Below, one piece after another: positions 1 through 12,197 of a stretch of DNA of 64,000 nt. The notes beneath the pieces are model-generated. The model made no database searches, was not told the origin of the DNA, and saw nothing but the letters and a program-made list of their open reading frames with translations. The first letter of the stretch is position 1; the number at the start of each line of letters is the position of its first letter. Source of the stretch: Octopus vulgaris (lineage: Eukaryota); assembly GCA_951406725.2 (NCBI GenBank), contig OX597830.1, forward strand, positions 62,682,001 through 62,746,000, given 5' to 3'. Made by a program: the position numbers and the translations under genes.

Positions 1-506
1 CCAGCCACAAAGAGAAGGTCCCTGTCGTTCGTCAATGAGGTGGTCTGCAGTAGGGTGTCATAGAAACTGTCTTTCTGTCCATCGGGTAGCCCTGGCTGAG
101 GGGCATAGGCCGATATAATGGTTGCTAATCTATTATGAAGCACTATTCTAATCTTAATTATTCTGTCACTTACTCTGATTACCTCAATTACTCTATCTAC
201 CCATTTCTCAGCGATAAGTATACCCACGCCACCGACCCCGTCAGTGTTCCCTGCCCAGAAAATCTTGTACCTGTGTTCCTTGCCTGTGAGGAACCTAGCA
301 GATCCTCCTCTCCACCTTATTTCTTGCATGCAACATACATCAACCCATCTCCGTTCAAGCATCTCAACTATCTCGCCAGATCTACCTTTCAGTGTGCCAA
401 CGTTGAGGGTGCCTACCCTGAAAGAGTGGAAGGTATGGACCCGAGAGGATAAAATCTGTTTCTACTGACGGGGTAGAATTTAACTTCACCATCTGCTTTG
501 AATTAA

Positions 507-559
507 GCATTACTGATGAGCATTAAATTTTATGTGAAGCTGGCATTCCAGTCTAATGC
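507..559 (+). ncRNA. Type I hammerhead ribozyme motif (slightly degenerate)
   Basis: GCATTA-CTGATGA-GCAT(taaatttt)ATGT-GAAG-CTGG(catt)CCAG-TC-TAATGC. Stems I, II and III all pair and the cleavage triplet is GUC. A15.1 reads G. AATAAAAAA follows at about 598. Confidence 0.75.
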
Positions 560-978
560 CTTTCAGTTGTGTGGGGAGGTTGTCTCCCCTATCAGTAAAT
601 AAAAAGTGTGCTTTTTGGCTCTTAAATCTTTAAATATAATTCTTTCTATTATAGACAAAAGGCCTGAAATTTGAAGGGATGGGGATGGGTCAGTCACGTC
701 AACCCCAGTACTTGACTGGTAATTAATTTATTGACCTCAAAAGGATGAAAGGCAAAGTCAACCTCGGCAGAATTTGAACTCGGAACATAGTGACTGGCAA
801 AATACCACTAAGCATTTCATCTAGTATGCTAACAATTCTGCCAGCTCACTGCCTTAAATCTTTAAATATATATTTTTTTTAAATTTTAACTATTCTCAGT
901 GCATTTTCAACTTCTATTTTTTCTATATTTCTACCTGTGTGGAATAAAATAACTTAGTTTTATATATATATATATATA

Positions 979-1278
979 AAAACCGTAAGATAACAAAAGA
1001 ATGAAAGAGACCTCAATATTATGTAAATAGAGGAAATTATCTGTAAATGTAATATGTGACAATTATTCGGTAGCCATGATAAAACTCCGAGTTTCGGATG
1101 CCGAGGTGGAAATTCACACCGCCATCTCTTCAGTTATCCGTCCAAGTGATTTTTCATAGCGTTTTTCCGATGGCTGGATAACTGAAGAGATGGCTGCATG
1201 AATTTCCACCTCGGCATCCGAAACTTGGAGTTTTATCTTGGCTATCGAATAATTGTCACATATTATACATTTACAGAT
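979..1278. mobile_element. Fold-back Penelope-like element carrying a hammerhead in each arm
   Basis: Inverted arms 1039-1140 and 1175-1278. Each has GATAA-CTGAAGA-GATG...CATC-C-GAAAC-TYGGA-GTT-TTATC. Flanked by TA-rich sequence. Confidence 0.7.
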
Positions 1279-2831
1279 ATATATATTGATATGGAGGTCA
1301 GTTGAAAAAAAAAGTGCTATGACCTAGTTTTGTGGTTTGGTGCCAGCTGGACTAGGGCGACAGGATATTTTGGCTTTGTTCTGTCATTTTTGTAGGGAAA
1401 TTAATGAGTTGGAAGAGACATCTGACCTTATCCGGTCAAGCAAAGTTTAAGGAAAAAAATGAAAATGCGGGAGCTGGGGGTTTGTTAGTCAGTTGGCATG
1501 AGGGTTGATGCAGAGATGACAGTTGGCAAGAGGCGAGAGGGACAGGCAGATAGTATTGAGGACATGTAAAGCGAAAGGGAGATTACGGCGAGAAGGTTGG
1601 ATTGCTGTAGTAGGAGTTTGTAACTAGAAAATGTTTGTTTGTTTTTGTTGTTGACTTTTGATGTGAAATGTAAAAGAAACGAGATGATGACGTAAACTGT
1701 AATCTGTTGTAAAAAGAAGAAAAAGAATTGTGTCAAAAAAAGAGAAGGAAAAGAGGAAGAAAAGAAGGGAAAAGAACATTGTGAATTGTGTTAAAGAAAG
1801 AAAGAGAAAGACTTTAATGTTGAACTGTTTCGAACTCTGTATTGCGTTGAACATTGATGTTTTGATTGTCTTCGGACTGTGTTGTATCGTGCATGCCTTT
1901 GATTGTTGTTTTTCTTTTTAATTCTGTTGCATGTTATTTTCTTTAATGTATCTGCTATGTATCACATTTTATTTGATGTTGTAATAATTGTTATAAACTG
2001 TTGTTAAATGTAAGCAAATTGCCTTCCGCCGTGTCTCTCTTCCTCCTCCTGTTGTTGTTGTTATCTCCGGTTACCGGTTTGAGTTCGCTGCCACTCCCAC
2101 CACCGTTTTCTGTGGCGGATTCCGTTTGACTGAGCCTGGTCATCGTCGTCGCTCGACTTAGTAGGGTCCCAGGTTCGAGTTGAGCGACGGCAGGTTCGTA
2201 ACAATATATATATAACAGAGTGGTTACCAGAATGTAACAGCTGTTATCTATGTTGTAAGTGAAGATGATGAGGTTGACTTCAGGAAAGACATTAGCTGAA
2301 GTTGTAGATAACATATTTATTTCTCCATTACATATAATCATTTCCTAACCACAACGGGTAGGTGTGTATAAAATAAATCAGTCGAAAAACATACCAGGTA
2401 AAAGAGAACTGTATTTTCCTGTATGAGAGTGTATGATCTTAAGTTGACATATTCTTGTCATTCTAGCAGCAGGAAAGAGATAGACAGAGTGATGTTAGTT
2501 AGAATGGCACTAGTGAAGAAGTGAGAGACAGGAGAGGGAAGTTGTATGGTGAAGCACCATAGCTGCTGGTTGCCATGCAGGATTGCTTCCTCTGTCTGCC
2601 TCTGTCTGCCTCTGTCTGGTCTGATTAGTGACTAGTCACTTGTGGGGTGATTTATTTAATTTATTTAAGCTCTTTGTAGCCCCTAAGTGTTATTGGTCAA
2701 GAGGAAAACATGTCAATCAAAGGTATGAAGCAATGTTGTTCCTCAACAGAACAATAAGGCTGTATATCTAGGGGGAAATGTACCAATTCAGTTTCAAACC
2801 TCAGGTAGGGCCAAGTGAGGTATCTACATAT

Positions 2832-3003
2832 ATATACTTTATTAATAAAGCTACAAAGACATCACAAAAACTGTTACATAGAGTTTCACGTTCCCATTCA
2901 TCAAACAATTTTGATTTAAACCAAAACTATCTGACTAACAGGAACATGAAACTCTAAGCAACAATTTTTGTGATATTGTTGCAGCTTTATTAATAAAGCA
3001 TAT
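2832..3003. mobile_element. Fold-back Penelope-like element with degenerate hammerheads
   Basis: Inverted arms meet near 2917. Minus arm reads AAAATTGT-TTGATGA-ATG-GGAA-CGT-GAAAC-TCTAT-GTA-ACAGTTTT; the plus arm is a more decayed copy. Confidence 0.65.
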
Positions 3004-5289
3004 TACTCTACCTCTGGTATTTGAGCACTATTTTTTCCACCTTGTTTTACATTTATGTGCTTACTTTGGTATACACACACACACACACACATATAGATAT
3101 TATATCAAAAGGATATGCTGTAACACTATTACACATATACAAAAACAGGCATACTCCAACATACCTCCATCATCAGCTGCCCCACGGATATCATTATGGT
3201 TTTGACACCTGGGCAGTACCGCTCAATCCAGCAGTGTCAACAGCACTAAAATGTTTTGTTGGGAAACAAACATACGAGAGAAACCACAACATTCAAACAC
3301 ATTTACCCTATGTACAACAGTATCGGTAAATAAATCAGTAACCAACTCCTAATATATACCTATATATAGGTATATGTGTGTGTTTTACTGTCTCTCCGCC
3401 TTCACAGAACATGACAGTTGTGACTGTTTGTCACCATCGTTAAAATAGTGTCCCCTGTTTCCAATCTTCCATGAAAACATGTCTTGTGACAGAGTGACAG
3501 GAAGGCCATCCAGCTGTAGAAAATCTACCTCAACAGAACCCAGAACCACATGGTTGGCAAGCAAACCTCTTACCACACAGCCGCCACCTATCAGAGTTTA
3601 ATTTTCTTTTAGACATATTTTAAAACCTGACCAACCCCAGTTTTAAAACTGGAGCGTATCATTGACAAAAGTTGCATCAACTGTCTTGGCAGTGGTTTTT
3701 GTAAATAACTATTTATTTACCTTTTAACTTTATAAATTGGTTTCAAATTTTAGCACATGGCCAGTAAGCTTGGGGTTGGGGCAGAGTTCAGTGGATAAGT
3801 CATTGGCATCAATATCAGTCCTCAAGTGGTACTTATTTCATCGAACCCAGGAGGATGAAAGGCAAAGTGGACTTTAGTGAAATCTTGAACTCAGAACATA
3901 AGACAGATAAAATGTCATTATACGTTTTGCTCACTGTACTAACAATTTGGCCAACTCATCATCTTAATTTCTATCATTATATATTAAGGTATATCTATAG
4001 CTATTTTTTTTTTTATATCTTTATAAAAACTTGTTTCTTTCATTTGACTGTGGCCATGCTGGGGTACCATCCTGAGGGATTCAATGAAGCAAACTGACCC
4101 TAATTCTAATTTGTTTTTGTTTTGTTTTTCTAAGTCTGGTCCTTTTTCTATGGCTGTTGTCAATGAAGTGCCAAGTTACAAGGACAGAAACAACCGACAC
4201 CTGTTGTGAAGCAGATGGGGGTGGATGACACAGAAACAAACACATATATGACAGGCTTCCTTCAGTTTCCACCTACAAAAATTTCTTAAAGGTTTTGGTT
4301 GACCCCCAGGCTACAGCAGAAAAACTTTCCCAAGGTGTCATACAGTAGGATTGAACCTGAAGCCATGTGGTTAGGAAGTGAATTTTTTTAACCACACACC
4401 CTGCCTATAGCACATTTTATTTTTCTAATGAAGGACTTTCTCTCCCTCCCCTCTCAACCCACACCTATTTTTTTTCAGGTTTTGGTTTTAACACGTTTTT
4501 AACGAGCTTTCAATAGCTTTCGTGTCAAGGGAGGTAAGTGTGAGAGGCCAGTTGACAAGCGATTTTCGATCAAATACGACATCATCACAGCTAGGTTTGT
4601 TATCAAATGGATGTGCTCTGCTTAACGTATTAGGCTCATAGCAAGACTCTTAGGATCCCGGAGAGGAGCCAGGAGATTCTGTGAAAAGTTCTTCACTACA
4701 AGACGCTATTGGTCTAATTTTAATATTAGGTCCCTAAAGGGTAACAAGTTGGCAAAATCGTTAGCACATTGGTCAAAATGCTTGGCGACGTTTAATCTGT
4801 CTTTATGTTCTGAGTTCAAATTACGCCGATCTTTTCCGGGTCGAAATAATCAACTTAATCCTTCATCCCAAGTTGCTGGCTTTGTGCCTAAATTTGAAAC
4901 TAATATTAGGTCCCTGCTCGTGGATCTTGTTGAGATGGTAGAACACAAGACGTCTGCTGGTGTGTGTCAATGTCGGTCGCCAACAACCTGACTATATACA
5001 GGTGGTACTGACTTACAGAATTATCAGACCTCAAACCTTATATGTCAGATGAGAATTCTGATAACCAGAGGCCTGCTATTGGTAACTACACCAACCAGTA
5101 CGACAAGAAAATTCCATCATTTTGAAATTTAATCGTGATTTTTGTTGAAAATGAATACAGGTGATTACCCGAAGAGAGGAGATATCATCGTCAACCCCCT
5201 GCGACTGTTCTTTCAGAGTCACTTTCAGTGGCCTCAGTGCCACGGGATTTGCCTATCTCGCATCGGTTATGTCAGCCACAGCTGGGATG

Positions 5290-5672
5290 GAAGCACTCCG
5301 TCGGTTACGACGACGAGATTTCCGGTTGATCCGAATCAACGGAACAGCCAGCTCATGAAATTAACGTGTAAGTGGCCGAGCACTCCACAGACACGTGTAC
5401 CCTTAACGTCGTTCTCGGGGGATATTCAGCGTGACATAGAGAGTGACAAGGCCGGCCCTTTGAAATACAGGTACAAGAGAAACAGGAAGTAAGAGTGAGA
5501 GAAAGTTGTGGTGAAAGAGCGCAGCAGGGATCATCACCATCCCCTGTCGGAGCCTCGTGGAGCTTTAGGTGTTTTCGCTCAATAAACACTTCCAACGCCC
5601 GGTCTGGGAATCGAAATCGCGTTCCTATGACCGCGAGTCCGCTGCCCTAACCACTGGGCCATTGCGCCTCCA
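5290..5672 (-). mobile_element. tRNA-derived SINE (family B)
   Basis: Minus-strand head GGAGGCGCAATGGCCCAGTGGTTAGGG...TTCGATTCCC with A/B boxes. Related copies at about 39583-39908 and 30075-30350. Confidence 0.75.
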
Positions 5673-6162
5673 CCAGCCACCGCTATTACCATGAGAAGCA
5701 ATGTGCTGGAGGCGGAGAGGATGAATGTCTTGGATCAATGCTGTCATCACTTTTAATGGGCTGTCATAAGCTAAGTACGCAGTGAATATTATACTAACCA
5801 CGTAGACTACTGGGATAATTCCTAACGTTTTAACTTACCCTTGATTGCTCATAAAGCACTTAGTATGTTTCAAGACAGACATACTCAAACATGTCACTCA
5901 AGCATCACACACGGAGCTCCATGTCTTCCGATTAACAGCCAAGAGCAACAATCGATCGGGAGGGACAACGCATAAAATGAGAGACCACTTGAGATACCTC
6001 AGATATCTTACAAAGAAAAAAAAGTGAAAATTCTTCGTCTGGTACTATGGTAAGAAGGTTGCTTTCCAATCACACGGTTCCGTTTTTAATCACACACCAT
6101 GGCACTTTGGGCAACTGTCTTTTACTATAGCCCCAGGCCAGCTGGAGCTTTGTGAATGGAAG

Positions 6163-6195
<33 letters not shown>

Positions 6196-6604
6196 TTTAA
6201 TTTTTTCTTGTTTCAATCATTAGACTACAGCCATGCTGACGCACCACTTTGAAGTATTTCTGTCCAATGAACCGACACCAGTACTTTCTTTAAAGCCCGG
6301 TATTTATTCTATCGGTATCTTTTGCCGAACTGCTACGTTACGAGGACGTAAACACACCAACATCGCTTGTCAAGCGGACAAACACAGAGTTAAGAGTTAC
6401 GCCGAAAACGGGTGGTGTGCGTATTCGTTACCCCCGCCTACACACACACACACATATATACGACGTGCTTCTTTCAGTTTCCGTTTACCAAATCCATTCA
6501 CATTGCAGAAGACAGTTACCCAAGGTGTCACCCCAGGGGACTGCACCCGGTACTTTGTTGTTGGGAAGCAAATTTCTTGCCGCACATTCACGCCTGCTTC
6601 TGTG

Positions 6605-6641
<37 letters not shown>

Positions 6642-6849
6642 TCACCATCACTTAACCGGTGCTAGTTTGTTTATGTCCCCCCCTAACTTAGCAGTTCAGT
6701 AGAATAAGTACAAGAAGTAGGGAGAAAAGTAAGTAGTGGCGTCGATTCATTCGACTAGAAGCATACCAAGTGGTGCCCCAGCATGGCCGCAGTCCAATGA
6801 CTGAACCAAATAAAAAGACGGTTGGGATGGAAACGGTTTATTTATACTA

Positions 6850-6925
6850 CACCGGATATGACGATTTTAAACTTCCGAGCTGGAATATAGTTTTACGCAT
6901 GCGTCAGGAGTTCTGCCTTTCCTGT
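6850..6925 (+). promoter_or_regulatory. RPS15 core promoter with TCT/5'TOP initiator
   Basis: CCTTTCC at 6916-6922 fits the YCTYTYY TCT motif of ribosomal protein genes. Upstream are ETS-like CCGGAT and ACTTCCG, and the NRF1-like palindrome ACGCATGCGT (6895-6904). Confidence 0.7.
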
Positions 6926-6939
6926 CAGAATCAGCCATC

Positions 6940-6942
6940 ATG
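6940..6942 (+). CDS. RPS15: 40S ribosomal protein S15 (uS19), coding exon 1 (ATG only)
   Basis: GCCATCATG followed by GTGAGT donor, just after the TOP tract; joins exon 2 in frame. Confidence 0.85.
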
Positions 6943-7122
6943 GTGAGTCTTAAATATTTTCTCGGCTTAAAAATCTTTATTAATCTTCATCATCTTTAAA
7001 CCATCTTCATTTAATTTTCCATTAAATATTTAAATGGATTTGTGCTTTTGAATACTTTATGCATATGAAGTGCTAAAATGTGTGTGCAATCGTGTTAAAC
7101 CTGTTGTTGTTGCATGTTTCAG

Positions 7123-7229
7123 TCTGAACAAACTGATATCGCCGACCTTATCGAAAAGAAGAAGAAGCGTACTTTCCGTAAGTACACTTACCGAGGTGTG
7201 GATCTCGATCAACTTCTCGACATGTCCAG
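7123..7229 (+). CDS. RPS15: RPS15 coding exon 2
   Basis: tttcag acceptor; [35 protein letters not shown]; GTAAAT donor, phase 2. Confidence 0.97.
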
Positions 7230-10200
7230 GTAAATTATTTTACTTTCTATATAATTAATACTGATTATTATTCTGCTTACTACATTAAGGCTTCATTTAA
7301 AGACACAGAAATCCACCAGCCAAGCCACATGTGACCGTCATAACGGATCGCATTCATTCTTTTCACCAGTGTTGCTTATTTAGCCCCGAGTCAGTCCCTA
7401 AGGCCTATTAATCGAAGACATTCCAGCCATGCACGTCCGGTCTTCGTATTTTCTGGGTCTATAATATCCAATGTGTCTTATTTGAAGATGGTAAGATTGT
7501 TATTTGAGAGATTTAGTTGCTATAACTAGCAAATCCAGCGACCCCATAGAGCCTAATTTTGGTCTCATGTTATAAACAATGAAACTCTTGTCGACATAAT
7601 TGTATTTTCTGTGGCTATTGTGGTTGCTTCCCAACTACATGGTTCCAGGTTCAGTCCCACTGTGTGACACCTTGAGCAAGTATCTTGTAGCCCGATCCTA
7701 CCAAAGCCTTGTGAGTGGATTTGGTAGAAGGGAACTGAAAGAATTTCATCAATATATGTATATATCTGTGTTCGAACTCCACCGCTGCTTGACAATCGGT
7801 GTTAAAAGTACTGCAGTTGGTTCGGGCTGGTGCCCCAGCATGGCCGTAGTGCTATGACTGAAACGAGTGAAAGATAAAATATATACTTGTGTGCACCCTT
7901 TAAGAGAAGATATTCCTCCACATTGTCGTCCTTTTCCTGGGAAAGGTTTGGCAAAAAAGCCTTCCTGCGAACCATTTTGTTGTCATAATGTATTCCGAGT
8001 TGACTAAAAATGGATAAAACCCCTCCTTTTCCTTGGTTCAGTTAATTACGAAACATTAATTAAAGTTGTTGCCGGATGTAAAGAATACGTACACCACCCG
8101 GGTACGTATTCTTTACCCACCCACCCGGGTACTTTTGCCAAATTGTTTTACTCTGTTAGCCTTGTTTGTGGCCAAAATTATTCCATCGTCTTCAGAAATC
8201 AAGAATTTCTCTTGAGAGGGTAGTTTGGATGCTATCTTTAGTATGTCGTGCGACCACATGCTCTAATTATGTGTGCATGTATATATATGCGGGGAGTTGT
8301 GGTTGTTTCTCTTTAACTGAATAACTATTGTCTTCAAGAGTATTTGTTGTCCCTTGTTTATATTGGGGTATTTCCATTCAAAATAAACATAGGTTATTAC
8401 AATAACTAGAGATGAAGCAATGTTATTTCATATACCAGTGACTACGTAAACAAAGTGTATGGGATGCAGTCTTCTACATTCATCATATTTTGCACAGGGT
8501 CCACGATTTAAATGACATGAGTCTACTAGGGATAGAGTAACCAATTAGCACCTAAATTAATTTTTACTATCAGTGATTTGAGGTGAAATTGCAATTTTGA
8601 TAATTATGCCTGCATTCAGGTTTTCCCTTTAATGAGATTTACTGGTAAATGAGGTTTAACAGCTATTCATTACAACATGATATCTTCAACAAACCTTATT
8701 TTCTCTATATATTTTGAGTTTTTCCTTTGGAAGTGATTCACAAAATTGTAAACATCATCTTGGCATATTAGGTCCTTCCAAAAATATTTGCTCACCTGAG
8801 GTGAACAGAATTTGCTGCAGCATATTTTTCTCCTGCTGGAAGCCTTTACTATCACCTGTTTCCCTGGAAGGTAATATTTTCTGTGGTTAGATGTCTTTTC
8901 ACAGAAAACTCAAAGCAGATACCTCTTGTATAACAGTGACACTCATTCACAGACAGACACGCACACACACACATGTATGTGTATATAACTGGATTCTTTC
9001 AGTTTCTGTCTGGCAAAACCACTCAACAAGGCTTTGGTTGGGAGGCAAACTTATCACCACACGGCCTCAATAAATTTTATCCAGGCTTGATTGATAGCAT
9101 TTTCTCTTAATTGCTAAAAGCCATTAATTTCATTATTACAGGTTGTCCTCAGCCTATAGGCCTCACACAGCATTCTGTATTATACTGGTGTTGGTCAAGT
9201 ATTTCAGAGTCCCAAGCAGTCGTCTTATAAACAAATGTAAGGTTACCTCAATATCTCCGCAATGGGATATTCACCCAACACTTGGGGTAACCACAGTGGG
9301 TATCGATAACCAAACATAGGAGAAGCGTTTATTAGCTAACATCATCTGTAGATGGGTTAATTTCTAAGAAATTAAACCCATTAGATTTCAACTGGAATAT
9401 TATTGCTGCTGGGAGCTGGCACATCAATCGTAAAGTTGGTCTGTCATAAGTCGACAAAGACCTGTACTTCCATTTACTTTAATGTGTACTGCTGCAGTGT
9501 GGATGATCTCTGGTTATTTTTGTAAATATGCTACTGGTTTTTCTTTTATGTTCCTTTAAATTTGATATTTCCATATAGTGATATATTTTATATTACTGGC
9601 AGAATGGTAGCATGCAATAAGCACCATTCAAGCATGGGTCGCTGCCAGAGCCGCCTGGCTGGCTCCCTCTGCCGGTGGCATGTAAAAGGCACCATCCAAA
9701 CGTAGTTGATGCCAGTCCCCCGTCCCAACTGACTCCTGTTCCTGTGGCACATAAATAGCACCCACTACACTCTCGGAGTGGTTGGTGTTAGGAAGGGCAT
9801 CCAGCTGTAGAAACTTTGCCAGATCAGATTGGAGCCTGGTGTGGCCTCCTGGCTTACTAGTTCCCAGTCAAACTGTCCAAGCCATGCTAGGATGGGAAAC
9901 AATCAATCATCATCATTTAACGTCTGCTTTCCATGCTACCATGAGTTGAACGATTTGACACCATCATGCTCGAATGGTGTTTTTAGCATGCCATTGGCTC
10001 GGAGGCCAGCTTGTTGAATTATTGAATACTGAATTTTGTTTAAGATTCTTTTATTCCAATTCTGTAGTATTTTCCCTTTCCCCTCAGGGATGGGGACAAC
10101 TATTATAAAATTGCCTAATACATTTAGTTACTGTGAAGCATTTCTTTAGAGTAAGAAATTACAATCAAATCTTTATCTTAGGGAAATAGGCAATTTTTGC

Positions 10201-10254
10201 CTGTTCTTCAGTAAATTTTGTTGTAAATGTTGACACTTTTTTTTTTTTCTTCAG

Positions 10255-10387
10255 TGAACAGTTGATGGAGTTGTTTCATTGTCGAGCCCGACGTCGGTTT
10301 ACTCGGGGACTCAAGAGAAAGCCCATGGCCCTTATCAAGCGTCTTCGTAAGGCAAAGAAAAAGGCCGGACCCCTCGAGAAACCAGAA
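10255..10387 (+). CDS. RPS15: RPS15 coding exon 3
   Basis: Poly-T cag acceptor; EQLMELFHCRARRRFTRGLKRKPMALIKRLRKAKKKAGPLEKPE; GTGAGT donor. Confidence 0.97.
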
Positions 10388-10990
10388 GTGAGTAATTTTT
10401 CTTTTATCTAATAACAGCTGATATGTGTCTGGGTTTAGAGTTCACATTGTCAGGAGTTCAGAGTCTGTGCAACATCACTGGAATTAGAGGAAATTAATTG
10501 GTTGTGCAGGGAAGTTTGGGAAGCTGCCTTTGTCAATGAAACAACTTCTACAAGCAGACTAGGTGATCCTAAAGAACATGGATGCCCCTAAAAAATACTG
10601 TCAATTATCTCGTTTCTCTGATTATTTTTTTTTTCTTTGTAATTAGGATTTCTACAACTTTCCTATGTGAAACTACTTAGTGTTTCAATCCTATGCTGCA
10701 AAGATCTGCATTTGTTGCCGTCTGAATGGCATTTCAGAAAATGTTGTTTTGGGGCCAAAACTGGGACTATGCACTTTTCTGTAAAACAGTGGATAACACC
10801 CATAATTATCTGTATTCAACCTATTTTGGCTGGTAAAAGAACAGGCAAAAGCCATATTCACAATGTGCATCACTGAATGCTGTGCTGTGTCAGGAAATTT
10901 CATCCTAATTCAATCAAAAAATATTTTTTTGTACTTGGGCTAATTGCATTTTATTAAAATCTTTAGTTTGTAATAAGGTTAAGACATTTA

Positions 10991-12197
10991 CTGGATCATC
11001 CCATAAATGATGTGTGTGTGTGGGGGGGGGGTATACTTATATTTTAAAAAATTAAGATAAAGTTTAGTCTTAAATGTACTCTCCTTCATTTTCTACGATG
11101 CTCTTCCATCTATCTGGTAGGCTTGCAGACCCCTTCTTTCGAATTTCACTTGTCCGTTACGAAAAATACTCTTCAGTACTGTTCTTACCTCATCTACAGA
11201 ATTCATATTTTTTCTGTCCAAATGATTTTGAAGACTGTGGAATAAATGACAATCAGATGGGGCAATGTCTGGCGAATATGGTTGGTGGGGCATCATTTCC
11301 CATTCACACTGCTCTGACCTTTGGAATGTTATCCTAGCTGTATGTGGTCGAGCATTATCTTGATGAAAGAACACCTTTCGTCTTAAAACCAAAGCTGGTC
11401 ATTTTTCTTCTAGCGCTGATTTAAAGTAGATCTCCTTGTTATCATTTGGTTTGGGTTTAAAAGTTCAAAGTGGACTAAGCCTTTCATATCCCACCAGACA
11501 CATAACACTTTACATGGGTGAAGTACTTATTTAGCCTGGGATGCCCATGTTTCTCCATTTCCTCCCCACTGTCTTCAGCACTTGACATTTTTATAGAGAA
11601 CCCATTTCTTGTCACCAGTCACTATTCAGTCCAAAAAGGGTTCATATTCATGAGACATGACGGCAAAGAAAAGCACACATTCGCTTTCTGCAATCGGCTA
11701 CTCAAAGTTTTTGAGGAACCCAATTTGCTGGTTTTTTCCAAAGGCACACAGGTGTCAGTGAATGGTTAGAGGACCAAATTCAAGCTTCTCTGCAAGTTCC
11801 CCAACAGTTACGAGATTTTGTTCCACTAGGGTTTGCAGGACAAAGCTCAACTTCCAGGCTGTAGTCTCCAGCTCAAAATTTCTGGAACCACCATTGACAC
11901 TGCCCTACACTTATTGTCCGATCCCCATATACTGCATTAATATTCCACGCACTTTCTATTGTTGTTGCCTTTATTGAACTCATAAAGCAAAGTCTGCTCT
12001 GTTGTCACTTCCATTATAGCTTTGACAAAATAAACTTTAAGTTGAACTGTACTCTTCAAGACTTGCACTAAGAATAAGTACATGGTAAAATTCCTACCTG
12101 CTTTTATGGCAAGTTGATGCAGGTAGTTTATCCTGCCCCCTCTGACTTTAATTTCATACATTTGAGAAAGCCGCATTATTTATGGGATGACCCATAT
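10991..12197 (-). mobile_element. Decayed mariner transposon in RPS15 intron 3
   Basis: TIRs TGG(A/G)TCATCCCATAAAT at both ends. Transposase remnant FHQDNARPH...HQPYSPDIAPSDCHLF (mariner YSPDLAP motif) with frameshifts. Confidence 0.88.

Noticed and set aside
1440-2341. Protein-coding gene from ORFs at 1485-2341
   Set aside because: Low-complexity short ORFs in several frames with no recognisable domain; more likely a decayed retroelement, which I cannot classify.
2711-2753. Possible hammerhead on the minus strand (CTGTTGA...TTC-ATAC)
   Set aside because: Both core strands are mutated; too degenerate to support.
4555-4595. GTGATGA...GAAA hammerhead-like string on the minus strand
   Set aside because: G3-G8 mismatch, poor stems, and it lies in a MITE-like remnant.
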